DNA of 64,000 nt from Berkelbacteria bacterium GW2011_GWE1_39_12 (GTDB lineage: Bacteria; Patescibacteriota; UBA1384; UBA12157), in contig CP011213.1 of NCBI GenBank assembly GCA_001029735.1, forward strand, positions 204,087 through 268,086, read 5' to 3'. Below the pieces are notes generated by a model. The model was not told the DNA's origin and made no database searches. It was given only the letters and a program-made list of their open reading frames with translations. The translations under genes and the position numbers were made by a program. This document shows positions 10,185 through 19,895 of this stretch, piece by piece (position 1 is the stretch's first letter; the number at the start of each line of letters is the position of its first letter).

Positions 10185-10336
10185 TCGCCTTTTAACTTAA
10201 GATAATCTTCATAACCCAAAACTACCGCGACCGGCTCTGAATAGCGCATAACTTCATAAGTGTTACCATCCTGAACATCTTTGATTATTTTAGAAATCTG
10301 TGATTGCAATTCATTAATATTTATAATTTTTCTCAT
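10130..10336 (-). CDS. Phd/YefM-like antitoxin-fold small protein, translationally coupled to nifS
   Basis: MRKIININELQSQISKIIKDVQDGNTYEVMRYSEPVAVVLGYEDYLKL matches the Phd/YefM N-terminal pattern. No toxin partner is present. The stop abuts the nifS start. Confidence 0.4.
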   Translation of the reverse strand: MRKIININELQSQISKIIKDVQDGNTYEVMRYSEPVAVVLGYEDYLKLKGECHRCIADLRKIAQKAGE

Positions 10337-10524
10337 AAAGTTTCCCTTAAAAATTTCCGCGGCAAGTTCAAAATTTCAACAGAAATTTCTAACTTGGCTA
10401 TTGTTTTTTTCATATTTTTCTCCCACAACTAATGTAACATTCTATATAACAAAAGTCAATCGCCCCTTATATCAAAAATACGCCCTATATTTTCGGGCGT
10501 ATTTCTGGGTTTAAATTATTGCAA

Positions 10525-11562
10525 TTACAATGCCTTAAATGTTTTTACCAAATTTGGGATATAAGTGCTGTAGAATGTGCTATCCGGCTCGCCATTAAGA
10601 CCATTGCTTGGTATATAAGTATAAACATATTTAGGCGTTTGACCTATAACTTTACCTGGAGCTGGATCAGCGGCCGCTACAGCTTTTGCATAAGCATCTG
10701 GAGTGTAGATAATGATAGACATCACATCCTTATTATTTGTTGACGGTACAGCAATGATGTATCCAGCCGAACCGCCTGAACTACCTGTGGCCATTTCCTC
10801 AATAGCGTAATTTTTCCATGAATCCGTAAATGTCAATTGAAAACCATAAGTACTATTATTATAAGTTTTCCAGTCGGCGGCAGCAGAAGCGGTTGTAATT
10901 TTAACAGTCGGGGCAATCTTCTGAAAGGTCGCCGGCATATCCTTATCCGTGATACTAGAATCGAAATGACTTGAACCTAAGCTGTAAATATAGTTACCTT
11001 TTTCAACAACATAGTTTCGATCGACTCCTGCACAACAACCAATTGAGGAGTAATACCCTTTCAATCCTCCAAGACTTATTTCGGATCCTACTTGGTAATC
11101 CTCTAATTCAGTATTTGGTAATTTAAAAGTACTTACCAGCCAAGCATTTAAATTTGTAAAGTCTGAATTCTTTTTGTAGACTCGCATGTAAACATCGTCT
11201 GGAGGATTTGGACCCTCTTTTTTGACTGCATTAGGATCGTAGTATCGCACCTTAAACACTAAATCCTTAGCAATTTTTCCTTGAGATGATTCGGTGTTTG
11301 TTTCAGATTTAGTACTCGTCCACGTTTCAGGATACTGAAAATTAAAACCATAAGTATCATTGGAATACTTAGAATAACCCGCCAGCAGTTGATCCGGAGC
11401 TGCCGTCTCCACAGTTGCAGTAGCAGATGCCGTGGTTGCGGTCACCTTTTTACCTGGGCCCGATAAATAATACCAACTGAAAAATCCAGCAGCCAAAACT
11501 ACAATGATAGCAAGAATTATCCAAAGCCATCTGGATACGACGGGTCTAGTTTTTTGATCCAT
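10525..11562 (-). CDS. membrane-anchored surface protein, WLWI-anchor family
   Basis: The N-terminus RPVVSRWLWIILAIIVVLAAGFFSWYYLSGPGKK is nearly identical to 11580-12881. It has two copies of the (D)WKTY..YGF.F.YP..W module. Confidence 0.45.
   Translation of the reverse strand: MDQKTRPVVSRWLWIILAIIVVLAAGFFSWYYLSGPGKKVTATTASATATVETAAPDQLLAGYSKYSNDTYGFNFQYPETWTSTKSETNTESSQGKIAKDLVFKVRYYDPNAVKKEGPNPPDDVYMRVYKKNSDFTNLNAWLVSTFKLPNTELEDYQVGSEISLGGLKGYYSSIGCCAGVDRNYVVEKGNYIYSLGSSHFDSSITDKDMPATFQKIAPTVKITTASAAADWKTYNNSTYGFQLTFTDSWKNYAIEEMATGSSGGSAGYIIAVPSTNNKDVMSIIIYTPDAYAKAVAAADPAPGKVIGQTPKYVYTYIPSNGLNGEPDSTFYSTYIPNLVKTFKAL
11433..11547 (-). repeat. near-identical 115-bp 5' cassette (copy 1) shared by adjacent paralogs. 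Copy 2 is at 12731-12845
   Basis: A 97-nt run (tggttgcggtcaccttttta...atccaaagccat) is identical, with 3 mismatches in the next 17 nt. It encodes the conserved signal-anchor. Confidence 0.8.
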
Positions 11563-11579
11563 TTCTTTCTCCCTAATTT

Positions 11580-12881
11580 TTATTTAACAAATCTGAACGA
11601 CGATATTAAACTACTCTGAGTCATGCCTTGTCCAATTTCATACTGTTTCTTACCAGCGATATCATAGTAATAAAGTTTTTGACCCATAAAGTAGATGAAT
11701 GAACTCCCATCAAACGAGTTATTCACAATAAAGGCACGGTTATTTGAGTCTTGGCCATTTTTCATTTCTGTCGTAATAATCTGCTGCGATTTCCCTGTAT
11801 TGTAATCATATTCAACAATACCTTGATCTTTCGGGAGTGTATTTTTATCACCGTATTCCGCAACACCAAACAACAACTTCATCCCATCCGGTGACCATTG
11901 AATCGGAAAAACAACTTGGCCAATACCTTTGATTGTATAGGGGGTACTTATCTCCTGGTTTGCTAAATCAACTGTCTTCAAGGTATACACATCGCCCTCT
12001 TTAGAACTGCCTGCAGCTTTAAGCAACTTAGGACCAGCTGTAAGAAAATCTGCCGAAAACCACTCTTCGTTTTTTGTCCCTTGATAAATTAACTTTTCCC
12101 CAACTTTTTTACTGGTTAAATCTACTGTCTTTGCATAAAAATCTCTGTAATGATAACCACTATCGATTCTTTCTCTCGACTCAATGACCATTATCTTCGT
12201 TTCGTCGCTATTCAAGAATAATCTAGAATTGATCGCACCAAGCGAAGCGATATTTTCTTTTTGCAAAGTTTTTGTATCAACTGAAATAAGATTATAATCA
12301 TTTGTGCCTTTCGAATCTTTTGGCGTCGCCACATAAACTTTCACTCCAGCTTTGTTCAATCGCCAAACCGAGAAAGTTCCTTCTGTTTTTTCGTCAGTTT
12401 GAAAAATCAGCTTATCTGGAGACTGATAAATTCTTGAAACAACATAGGGTGACTCAGGCTCAGTTTTTGCAGGATCTTCGCCAGCGAGAAAGTAAGCGTT
12501 TCCATTTGTATCAAATTGAACATCGTCCATACTACTCATTGACGAACCGGTGAAGATATTCAAGCCCGTTTTATTATTTCCTGTCGTTTTACTTATAAGC
12601 TTGTTATTTGTCGTATCAAAGTAATAAAAAACAAGATCATTATTTTCAATATCAGCAGTAATAATCTGATTTGTTTGTTGAGTCATAACGGTCGTCGAAC
12701 TTGAATCATCTGCGGCTGTTGTTGTAGGAGTGGTTGCGGTCACCTTTTTACCTGGGCCCGATAAATAATACCAACTGAAAAATCCAGCAGCCAAAACTAC
12801 AATGATAGCAAGAATTATCCAAAGCCATTTGGATACGACTGGTTTAGAACCAAGAATGTTAGGATCCATAATCCTCCTCAA
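11580..12881 (-). CDS. membrane-anchored surface protein, WLWI-anchor family, with TolB-like beta-propeller
   Basis: Same N-terminal cassette. PD40/TolB-like repeats (DGMKLLFGVAEYGDKNTLPKDQGIVEYDYNTGKSQQIITT). Confidence 0.45.
   Translation of the reverse strand: MRRIMDPNILGSKPVVSKWLWIILAIIVVLAAGFFSWYYLSGPGKKVTATTPTTTAADDSSSTTVMTQQTNQIITADIENNDLVFYYFDTTNNKLISKTTGNNKTGLNIFTGSSMSSMDDVQFDTNGNAYFLAGEDPAKTEPESPYVVSRIYQSPDKLIFQTDEKTEGTFSVWRLNKAGVKVYVATPKDSKGTNDYNLISVDTKTLQKENIASLGAINSRLFLNSDETKIMVIESRERIDSGYHYRDFYAKTVDLTSKKVGEKLIYQGTKNEEWFSADFLTAGPKLLKAAGSSKEGDVYTLKTVDLANQEISTPYTIKGIGQVVFPIQWSPDGMKLLFGVAEYGDKNTLPKDQGIVEYDYNTGKSQQIITTEMKNGQDSNNRAFIVNNSFDGSSFIYFMGQKLYYYDIAGKKQYEIGQGMTQSSLISSFRFVK
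12731..12845 (-). repeat. near-identical 115-bp 5' cassette (copy 2)
   Basis: See copy 1 at 11433-11547. Confidence 0.8.
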
Positions 12882-12923
12882 AAATTAGTAAATACTTCTT
12901 AATTAATTATAGCTGAGCTGAAG

Positions 12924-13403
12924 TTATTTTAAAACTATCTTGTAAGTGGTTACGCCCGAATCGTTAGTACCAGAAATACTGACATTTTGAGCATTTTTGA
13001 AAAATACAATTGAATCGGAAGAGCTAGCACTTATGATCCAGCTCTCTTTAGCTAACTGAGTTTTAAAATAGCTCAATACCACGTTAACAGGTGCTAGGAC
13101 TTTGTATTCGGCGGCAACTGTGCCATCTGCCGCTTTTAAGAAAGAAACTCTCACAGCTTTCGGATATCGAGTTGTGCCAACCGGATCTTCGCCCGAAACA
13201 TCTGTTTTCGGTAAAGCGGCAGTATTTAATCCGAAAAGATTGGCGTTCTGAGTGGAAACACTCCCGACCGCATTTTTAGCTGAAGTACCTAAATTGTCTG
13301 CTTTAACCCTAGCCGAATAATATATAAAATATCCCGCGCCAAAATTTAGCGTTAAAAGGATTAAAATTAAAGATGTTACTAATTTTTTAGACATTAATAC
13401 CAT
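12924..13403 (-). CDS. hypothetical secreted/anchored protein
   Basis: N-terminal TM/signal sequence. No recognisable domain. Confidence 0.3.
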   Translation of the reverse strand: MVLMSKKLVTSLILILLTLNFGAGYFIYYSARVKADNLGTSAKNAVGSVSTQNANLFGLNTAALPKTDVSGEDPVGTTRYPKAVRVSFLKAADGTVAAEYKVLAPVNVVLSYFKTQLAKESWIISASSSDSIVFFKNAQNVSISGTNDSGVTTYKIVLK

Positions 13404-13441
13404 AATTTTTTCTGCAAATTTCCGCGATTAAAGTACTCTTT
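13401..13441 (-). promoter_or_regulatory. AAAGAGTACTTTAATCGCGGAAATTTG-N5-AAAATTATGG element abutting the start codon of 12924-13403
   Basis: Shares the AAAGAGTACTTT plus CGCGGAAATTTG extension with the metG copy. Confidence 0.45.
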
Positions 13442-13447
13442 AATCTA

Positions 13448-14401
13448 TTGTACAAGATTTCCATTAAGACTGCCATCTGCTACAATGAATTAATGAGAAT
13501 ATCCTACAGCGCTTACGACACATACAAAAAGTGCCCCCTTAAATACAAGTTTTCTTATATCGATAAAATCTCTGCACCAAAGCGGCCGGAGTTATTTTTT
13601 GGCGGATTAATTCATAGTGTCGTACAATATGCCTTAAAAAAAGATCCATTGATGCCGTCTTACGAAGAACTGATTAAGTTTTATGAAGAAAATTGGGAAA
13701 GCTCTTTATATAAAGACAAGGATCAAGAAAAGCAATATTTTGATTTTGGTAAAAATATGATTTTTCATTTTCACGGCACCCACAAACCCGGCCTTCGCGA
13801 TATTATTGCCACTGAAAAATATTTTGCCATTCCCCTGTCTGAAAAACACCAACTTTCCGGCGTCATCGATCGCGTCGATAAATTACCAATTGGCGCAATT
13901 GAAATTATTGATTATAAAACCAATAAGAGTTTACCGACTCAGCAGGATATCGATAATGACTTTCAAATGAATTTTTACCAATTAGCTGTTAAAAGCCTTT
14001 GGCCGGAAATCGATAAGGTAAAACTCACCTTCTACTTTTTAAAGCCGAATGTGCAAATGAGTACTACGCGCGACGACTATGCGATCGATATGGCAAAAAA
14101 AGAAATTATTGCAACAGCTGATACAATCACTTCGCAGAAAGATTTTTGCGCAACACCTAACCGCTTTTGTGATTGGTGTGACTTTCAAAATCGCTGCCCC
14201 GCCTTTGCCGATCTTAAAACCAGCGATGATAGAGAGAGTAAAATAATTGAAAAATTTCTCGCTGCTAAAAAAGCGATTGATGTTTTAGAACCAGAGATTA
14301 ATAAAATTATGAATAAATCCGGTAAAGATGTTCTAAAAAGCGGCCAAATTCGTATTTATCGAGATAAAGAAAACGATAACAAGCTCTCAATTAGGGATTA
14401 G
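13448..14401 (+). CDS. PD-(D/E)xK nuclease with C-terminal 4-Cys cluster (Cas4/AddB-like, standalone)
   Basis: N-terminal YKKCPLKYKF. IDRVDKL...IEIIDYKTNK fits the D..ExK motif. C-terminal C-x5-C-x2-C-x5-C (FCATPNRFCDWCDFQNRCP). No cas genes nearby. Confidence 0.55.
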   Translation: MYKISIKTAICYNELMRISYSAYDTYKKCPLKYKFSYIDKISAPKRPELFFGGLIHSVVQYALKKDPLMPSYEELIKFYEENWESSLYKDKDQEKQYFDFGKNMIFHFHGTHKPGLRDIIATEKYFAIPLSEKHQLSGVIDRVDKLPIGAIEIIDYKTNKSLPTQQDIDNDFQMNFYQLAVKSLWPEIDKVKLTFYFLKPNVQMSTTRDDYAIDMAKKEIIATADTITSQKDFCATPNRFCDWCDFQNRCPAFADLKTSDDRESKIIEKFLAAKKAIDVLEPEINKIMNKSGKDVLKSGQIRIYRDKENDNKLSIRD

Positions 14402-14439
14402 CTATTCTAGATAGAATAAAAATTAACATTTTTGATAAG

Positions 14440-14471
14440 AAAAAACCGCCTTTAATTTTGGCGGTTTTTAG
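14440..14471. terminator. bidirectional terminator between convergent genes
   Basis: AAAAAACCGCCtttaattttGGCGGTTTTT. Confidence 0.7.
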
Positions 14472-14488
14472 GAAACAAGGACTAATCT

Positions 14489-15130
14489 CTATGGACCATT
14501 TAAACCATGCAATCTGCGCTTCTCAGTATCCCATCTCGGAACATAGCCCAATCTTCGGGTAGCTTCACCCAATGCTTTGTTACGCTCATCTACTCTTTTT
14601 GCCTCATCTCGTGTATATAGCAACGCCCCAGCATGTATGCTTTCGCGGAAGCTATTCAAAATTAAAGAATCCAGCTCTGGAATATCTTTTAAACTTTCTC
14701 GGATCGGTGCATAAAGCCCTTTATCATCCTTATAGTATGTTATTGGTGTCCCTCCTTCAGGGTCATCAGTAACTTTATAAGAAGGAATTTTATTTGAATC
14801 GTATATTTTTCCGTTAAATTCTCTATCCTCGCCAGTATCATGACTATCTATTTCAAATCCCAAGCGGTTCCCAGATTCTACAATAGCATTTTTCCAAAAT
14901 TCAACATTTTTTTTGTAGTCGTCATTTTCATGCTGTAGATTTGAACTCAATTGTAAATTCATACCATCAAAAATGTACTTTTCAAGATCGTCTAATCCTT
15001 CACCAGAAACTAATCCGTTAGCATCGACGATCATTTTTCGTTTTTTTTCTTTTTCAACACCAGTCTCTGGGGCGACAAATCCTTCTGATTGCATGTCTTG
15101 GGTCGTTTCATCAAGTGTTTCGTCAGACAT
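14489..15130 (-). CDS. hypothetical acidic protein
   Basis: No recognisable domain. Convergent with the nuclease gene across a bidirectional terminator at about 14440-14471. Confidence 0.3.
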   Translation of the reverse strand: MSDETLDETTQDMQSEGFVAPETGVEKEKKRKMIVDANGLVSGEGLDDLEKYIFDGMNLQLSSNLQHENDDYKKNVEFWKNAIVESGNRLGFEIDSHDTGEDREFNGKIYDSNKIPSYKVTDDPEGGTPITYYKDDKGLYAPIRESLKDIPELDSLILNSFRESIHAGALLYTRDEAKRVDERNKALGEATRRLGYVPRWDTEKRRLHGLNGP

Positions 15131-15191
15131 TTCTTCCTCCTACTTATTATTATCATAATTAATTTAAGTTAACTCGACATTGCAAGCTTTG

Positions 15192-15956
15192 TCAAATCTT
15201 AAAAAATTCTTCTGCATTTTTAGTCGTTTGAGTTTCGACTTCTGAGAGTGGAATCTTTTTTAGTTCGGCAATTTTTTTAGCCACTTCAATTACAAAGGCC
15301 GGCTCATTTCTTTCTCCTCGATGTGATTCGGGCGTCAGCCACGGCGAGTCTGTTTCAATCATCATCCTGTCTAATGGAATATTTTCAACAGCTTTTAATA
15401 CATTTTGATCTTTGGTAAAAGTAATAATACCAGTAAAAGAAAAATAAAAACCCATCTCTAACAAAATCTTGGCATAATCCCATGTGCCCAAGTAACAATG
15501 CATGACCGCTTTAGGCAGATTATTTTCAGAGATTAAAACTGACAAAAGATCTTCATAAGCATCGCGGCAATGAATGATAAGTGGTTTATTCACGAACTTT
15601 GCTAGTTTAATATGCTTTTCTAAAACTTCTTTTTGCAATTCTGACGTTCCTCGATCGTAATAATAATCCATGCCAGTTTCGCCGATAGCAACAACCTTTT
15701 TGTTTTCTGCTAACTTCTTATACTCTTCTAATAGTTCGTCAAAGTTTTCATCTTTTACATGAATCGGATGCAGCCCCACAGCGGCAAAAACATTTTTGTT
15801 TTCTTTAGCAATTTGCACCGCTTTTTGTGATGTTTCTAAATTAGAGGCTGGCAGAATAAACTTTTTAACACCTTCTTTTTCGGCTCTCAAAATGGCCGAT
15901 GCATAGTCGGAGTTAAAAGCCTTAAAATTTAGATGTGCGTGCGTATCGATGAACAT
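15192..15956 (-). CDS. tatD: TatD family metal-dependent DNase/hydrolase
   Basis: MFIDTHAHLNF start and TatD-type histidine/aspartate motifs. Confidence 0.85.
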   Translation of the reverse strand: MFIDTHAHLNFKAFNSDYASAILRAEKEGVKKFILPASNLETSQKAVQIAKENKNVFAAVGLHPIHVKDENFDELLEEYKKLAENKKVVAIGETGMDYYYDRGTSELQKEVLEKHIKLAKFVNKPLIIHCRDAYEDLLSVLISENNLPKAVMHCYLGTWDYAKILLEMGFYFSFTGIITFTKDQNVLKAVENIPLDRMMIETDSPWLTPESHRGERNEPAFVIEVAKKIAELKKIPLSEVETQTTKNAEEFFKI

Positions 15957-15986
15957 TTTTTTCCTTTAAGAAATATTGGACAATGA

Positions 15987-16823
15987 TCATTTCCCTAAGA
16001 GAGTAGCGTACAAAATACAACCTAAAATAACAATGCCGCAGAAAACAGTTTTCGGTTTTAACTTTTCGTGTAGAAAAGTACTGGAAAAAACGTACACCAA
16101 TATTGGTGCAAGAATTAAAATTAAAGAAGTATAAACAACGCCATACTCAGTAAAACCGTAAAATTTAACTACCATTTGGATTGTGGCTAAGACGGCAGTA
16201 CCTAAAATTAAAGCCACATTAGTATTTGAAACTCTACTGATTTGCGGATGATAATAAAAATAAAAAAAGATAAAAAAGATGCCAGTGCGAATTGCATAAA
16301 GAGCGACCGGCGAAAGAACGTCCAATAAAACGCGGATAAAGATTAATTCAACTGACATAACAACAACAGCAAGCATCATTTGCAACGCACCGCTTGAACA
16401 AACGAGATGGTGTTTTTTCACTTGCGACAAAATTAAAGCGACAGCTGCAACAATAGCTGCGATTTCTATTCGAAAATTATTTTCACCCTTTAGAAAAATC
16501 GATGCTAAAATAATCGTAAACAAAGGCTGGAACATTAAAATTAGTTCAAAGTCTTGCACCTTTTCCGATTGAATTCCTCTGTAATAAAAAAGATTCCAAA
16601 TAATTCCGGTGATTAACATACCGAAAAACATGAGGATATATTTAAGTTCAAATATTTGTGGAGAAATTTTTCCTAAAAACGGAAAGAGAATAATCACCGT
16701 TAAAAATAAAAACATAAATAAAACCGGCACAACAACATGAATTTCCATTTTGCGCCGAGTGAGTATAAATTTATCCATAATCACGCCAGCGGCGGATGCT
16801 ATGGTAGCAATAAATGGTAACAT
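15987..16823 (-). CDS. polytopic membrane protein (possible DMT/EamA-like)
   Basis: About 9 predicted TM helices. No catalytic motif. Confidence 0.3.
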   Translation of the reverse strand: MLPFIATIASAAGVIMDKFILTRRKMEIHVVVPVLFMFLFLTVIILFPFLGKISPQIFELKYILMFFGMLITGIIWNLFYYRGIQSEKVQDFELILMFQPLFTIILASIFLKGENNFRIEIAAIVAAVALILSQVKKHHLVCSSGALQMMLAVVVMSVELIFIRVLLDVLSPVALYAIRTGIFFIFFYFYYHPQISRVSNTNVALILGTAVLATIQMVVKFYGFTEYGVVYTSLILILAPILVYVFSSTFLHEKLKPKTVFCGIVILGCILYATLLGK

Positions 16824-16880
16824 AGAACTCCAAAAGATTATATTTTTTTTGGGAAAAAATTTCCGCGGTCGCGGCGCGAC

Positions 16881-18287
16881 CTATTTTCTTCTTGGAAATA
16901 ATGGTTCAAAGTGACCAGTCGAAAGCTGCTCGGTCATTTTGCGTGAAGTGTCCGGCATAAATGGCTCTAATAAATTTGCCACTTCGGACAAATTGACAAG
17001 TAAGCCCTTGAGCAGTTCTGCTAACTTAGTTGGATTAGTTTTGGCTAGTTCCCATGGGCGTTCCATATCAATTTCTTGATTGGCTTCGGTGATCATTTTC
17101 CAAATTAAATTTAACGCCTCATTAAATTTTAAGTCTTCAATCGCTCTATTTATTTCGGGAAAAGTTTTTTCCGGCACAGCATATTTCCATTCAATTCCGT
17201 ATTTTTGTTGCATTACGAGCACTCTTTGAAAAAGGTTGCCCAAATCGTTAGCTAAATCTGATTGATAGCGTTTTTCAAAACGATCGATGGAAAAATCGCC
17301 ATCACCGCCAAACGGAATTTCACGGAACATGTAATAGCGCAATGGATCGACACCGTAAACCTTGGCAATCTCAATCGGGTCAATAACATTCCCAATTGTT
17401 TTAGAAATCTTCTGACCATTAACCGTTAAAAAACCATGAATAAATAATTTTTCCGGTAATTCATAACCCCCGGCAAGTAACATCGCTGGCCAAATAATCG
17501 CATGGAAACGAAAAATATCTTTACCGATTAATTGCAAAGTTGGTGGCCAAAGTCCGCGACTGCCCGTAATGTAATTTAGTAAAGCATCAACCCAAACATA
17601 AATTGTTTGTGTTTTGTCCCATGGCACTTGAATACCCCAATCAACTTTACTTCTTGAAATAGCTAAATCTCTCAAGGGTTCTTTGGCTAAAAATTTAAAT
17701 ATCTCATTTTTTCTTGATTCCGGTTCGATCACCAGCTGACCACTTTGGATCGCTTCCATCAACTGATTTTGGTACTTGGAAAGTTTGAAAAAATAAATGT
17801 TTTCCGATATCGATTCACATTTTTTCTTATGTAGCGGACACATATCGCCTGGCTCTAGATCTTCTTGCACTTTGTATTCTTCGCAGCCAACACAATACAG
17901 GCCCTCGTAATTGCCTTGGTAAATTTCACCGTTGTCATAAAGCTTTTGTAAAAATTCCTGCACGAATTTTTCGTGCGATGGATCTGTGGTTCGAACAAAA
18001 TTATCGTATTTTATATTTAAATAAGACCAAGCCGCTTGATACTTGAGCGCGATTTCATCGGCATATTTTTTAGGCGAAACGCTCATCTTTTTAGCAGCTT
18101 GAGCTACTTTCATGCCATGCTCGTCTGTACCCGTTAGAAAAAATACTTCCGCACCTCGGTTGCGCCAATAGCGAGCCAAAACATCGGCAGCCAGCTTTTC
18201 GTAAGCATGACCAATGTGTGGCGCCGCACTAACATAATCGATTGCTGTAGTGATAAAAAATCTTCCTGTTTCCATTAATAACTCCAA
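16881..18287 (-). CDS. metG: methionyl-tRNA synthetase
   Basis: HIGH motif (HIGHAYEKLAADV) and KMSKS-like KISKTIGNV. Confidence 0.9.
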   Translation of the reverse strand: MELLMETGRFFITTAIDYVSAAPHIGHAYEKLAADVLARYWRNRGAEVFFLTGTDEHGMKVAQAAKKMSVSPKKYADEIALKYQAAWSYLNIKYDNFVRTTDPSHEKFVQEFLQKLYDNGEIYQGNYEGLYCVGCEEYKVQEDLEPGDMCPLHKKKCESISENIYFFKLSKYQNQLMEAIQSGQLVIEPESRKNEIFKFLAKEPLRDLAISRSKVDWGIQVPWDKTQTIYVWVDALLNYITGSRGLWPPTLQLIGKDIFRFHAIIWPAMLLAGGYELPEKLFIHGFLTVNGQKISKTIGNVIDPIEIAKVYGVDPLRYYMFREIPFGGDGDFSIDRFEKRYQSDLANDLGNLFQRVLVMQQKYGIEWKYAVPEKTFPEINRAIEDLKFNEALNLIWKMITEANQEIDMERPWELAKTNPTKLAELLKGLLVNLSEVANLLEPFMPDTSRKMTEQLSTGHFEPLFPRRK

Positions 18288-18319
18288 AATTTTGTATAAT
18301 ATTAAAGCCTAGTTCATCT

Positions 18320-18372
18320 ATAGTATAATTTGTTTTACAAATTTCCGCGTAAAAGTACTCTTTTATTATACC
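18320..18372 (-). promoter_or_regulatory. conserved upstream element AAAGAGTACTTTTA-CGCGGAAATTTG-N5-CAAATTATACTAT, upstream of metG
   Basis: Near-identical GGAAATTTG-N5-CAAATTATA core at 26151-26178 and 58194-58220. Looser CGCGGAA(A)TTT copies elsewhere. Confidence 0.5.
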
Positions 18373-18416
18373 TTAAAAATCGTAAAATTAAAACTGTAAA
18401 TTTTAGTAAAATTAAG

Positions 18417-19895
18417 TTAGAATAACGAATAAATCGTAGCTGCCGCGACAATAATCATCACGCTAGCAGCGATCCACCCGATAGCCGTCGTGACAGGATG
18501 GTTTGTACGAGCTCCCATCACATGCTTTTTACTTGAAAGTAATACTATTAAAACCAGGATCACAGGAGCGACTAGACCGTTTGCAATAGCAGAATAAATT
18601 AAAGCTTTGATTGGATCCAAGCCAACAAAATTCATAATCAAGCCTATTAACATGGAAAAAATTATTACCCCATAAAAGGCTTTGGCTTGTGAAAATTTCT
18701 TATGCAAACCTTCTTTCCATCCAAAAGTTTCTGAAATAACATAGGACGTTGAACCTGCTAACACTGGCACACCTAACAACCCCACGCCAAAAATACCCAA
18801 AGCAAAAAGCAGCGAAGCATATTCCCCGGCCAATGGCTTTAATGCTGCTGCTGCATCAGATGCTGAGTTAATATTTGTTATCCCATTACTAAATAAAGTG
18901 GCAGCACAAACTGCAATGATAAAAAACATCGCCAAATTCGAAAAAAGCATTCCAACCCATACATCAACCCTCATTTTGTTTACTTCTGTTTGTGGCACCT
19001 CTTCGCGTGCAATTTGAGCCAGCGTTTTACCTTCTTCAATTTTTTCTTCTACTTCCTGAGAGGTTTGCCAGAAAAATAAATACGGTGAAATAGTTGTGCC
19101 GAAAATTCCGCAAATTAAAATAATCTTTTCTTTATCCATACCTTCAAAAGATGGGGTGAAAGCACTTCGGGCAACTTGGATCCAAGGAAAATCCCGAATT
19201 ACAAAAGCTGTAATAATATAAACTGAAAGAATCATAGCCAGATATTTCAAATAACGAGCGTATTTTTCATATGAAATAAAAATTTCCATCAATAAACAAA
19301 GGGCAGTAAAAGAAACCACTATTAAGCTATAGTTAGCTGTTGGAGCAAGAAGCTGAACCGCCTTAGCAAGCGCTCCTAAATCGGCACCAATATTAAAAGA
19401 GTTAGCAATTAAAACTAAAACTGCTACAGTAATTAATACCCAACGAGGGAAAAACTTTCGAATATTATAGGCCAGCCCACGGCCAGTCTGCATCCCGATT
19501 CGAGCACACATTTCTTGGACTACGGCCATCAAGGGAAAGGTGAAGGCCGCTAACCAAAGAAGACTAAAACCATATTTCGCACCTGTCTGAGAATAGGTCG
19601 CGATACCTGACGGATCATCGTCTGCTGCGCCGGTAGTGAGGCCAGGCCCCAAACCATACCAAAATCGTTTCACCTGACGAAGCGGCGCAACTTCCGTCGC
19701 AACATGAGCGGCTTGATGAACGAGTCCTAGACCATCTTTTTCGACTTGAATAGTTGCTTTAACTGCATCAACAGGAATCCGTGCGGCAGAAGCAAATGCT
19801 TCTTTCGTATCTTCAATGGCACGTTCGCCATATTGCTCTTGTATATCTTTGTTTTCCATATTTATAGTATATACTAACTTTTCTTGGCGATACAA
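18417..19895 (-). CDS. mntH: Nramp-family divalent metal transporter
   Basis: GPGLTTGAADDDPSGIATYSQTGAKYGF matches the Nramp consensus. Multi-TM. Confidence 0.75.
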   Translation of the reverse strand: MYRQEKLVYTINMENKDIQEQYGERAIEDTKEAFASAARIPVDAVKATIQVEKDGLGLVHQAAHVATEVAPLRQVKRFWYGLGPGLTTGAADDDPSGIATYSQTGAKYGFSLLWLAAFTFPLMAVVQEMCARIGMQTGRGLAYNIRKFFPRWVLITVAVLVLIANSFNIGADLGALAKAVQLLAPTANYSLIVVSFTALCLLMEIFISYEKYARYLKYLAMILSVYIITAFVIRDFPWIQVARSAFTPSFEGMDKEKIILICGIFGTTISPYLFFWQTSQEVEEKIEEGKTLAQIAREEVPQTEVNKMRVDVWVGMLFSNLAMFFIIAVCAATLFSNGITNINSASDAAAALKPLAGEYASLLFALGIFGVGLLGVPVLAGSTSYVISETFGWKEGLHKKFSQAKAFYGVIIFSMLIGLIMNFVGLDPIKALIYSAIANGLVAPVILVLIVLLSSKKHVMGARTNHPVTTAIGWIAASVMIIVAAATIYSLF

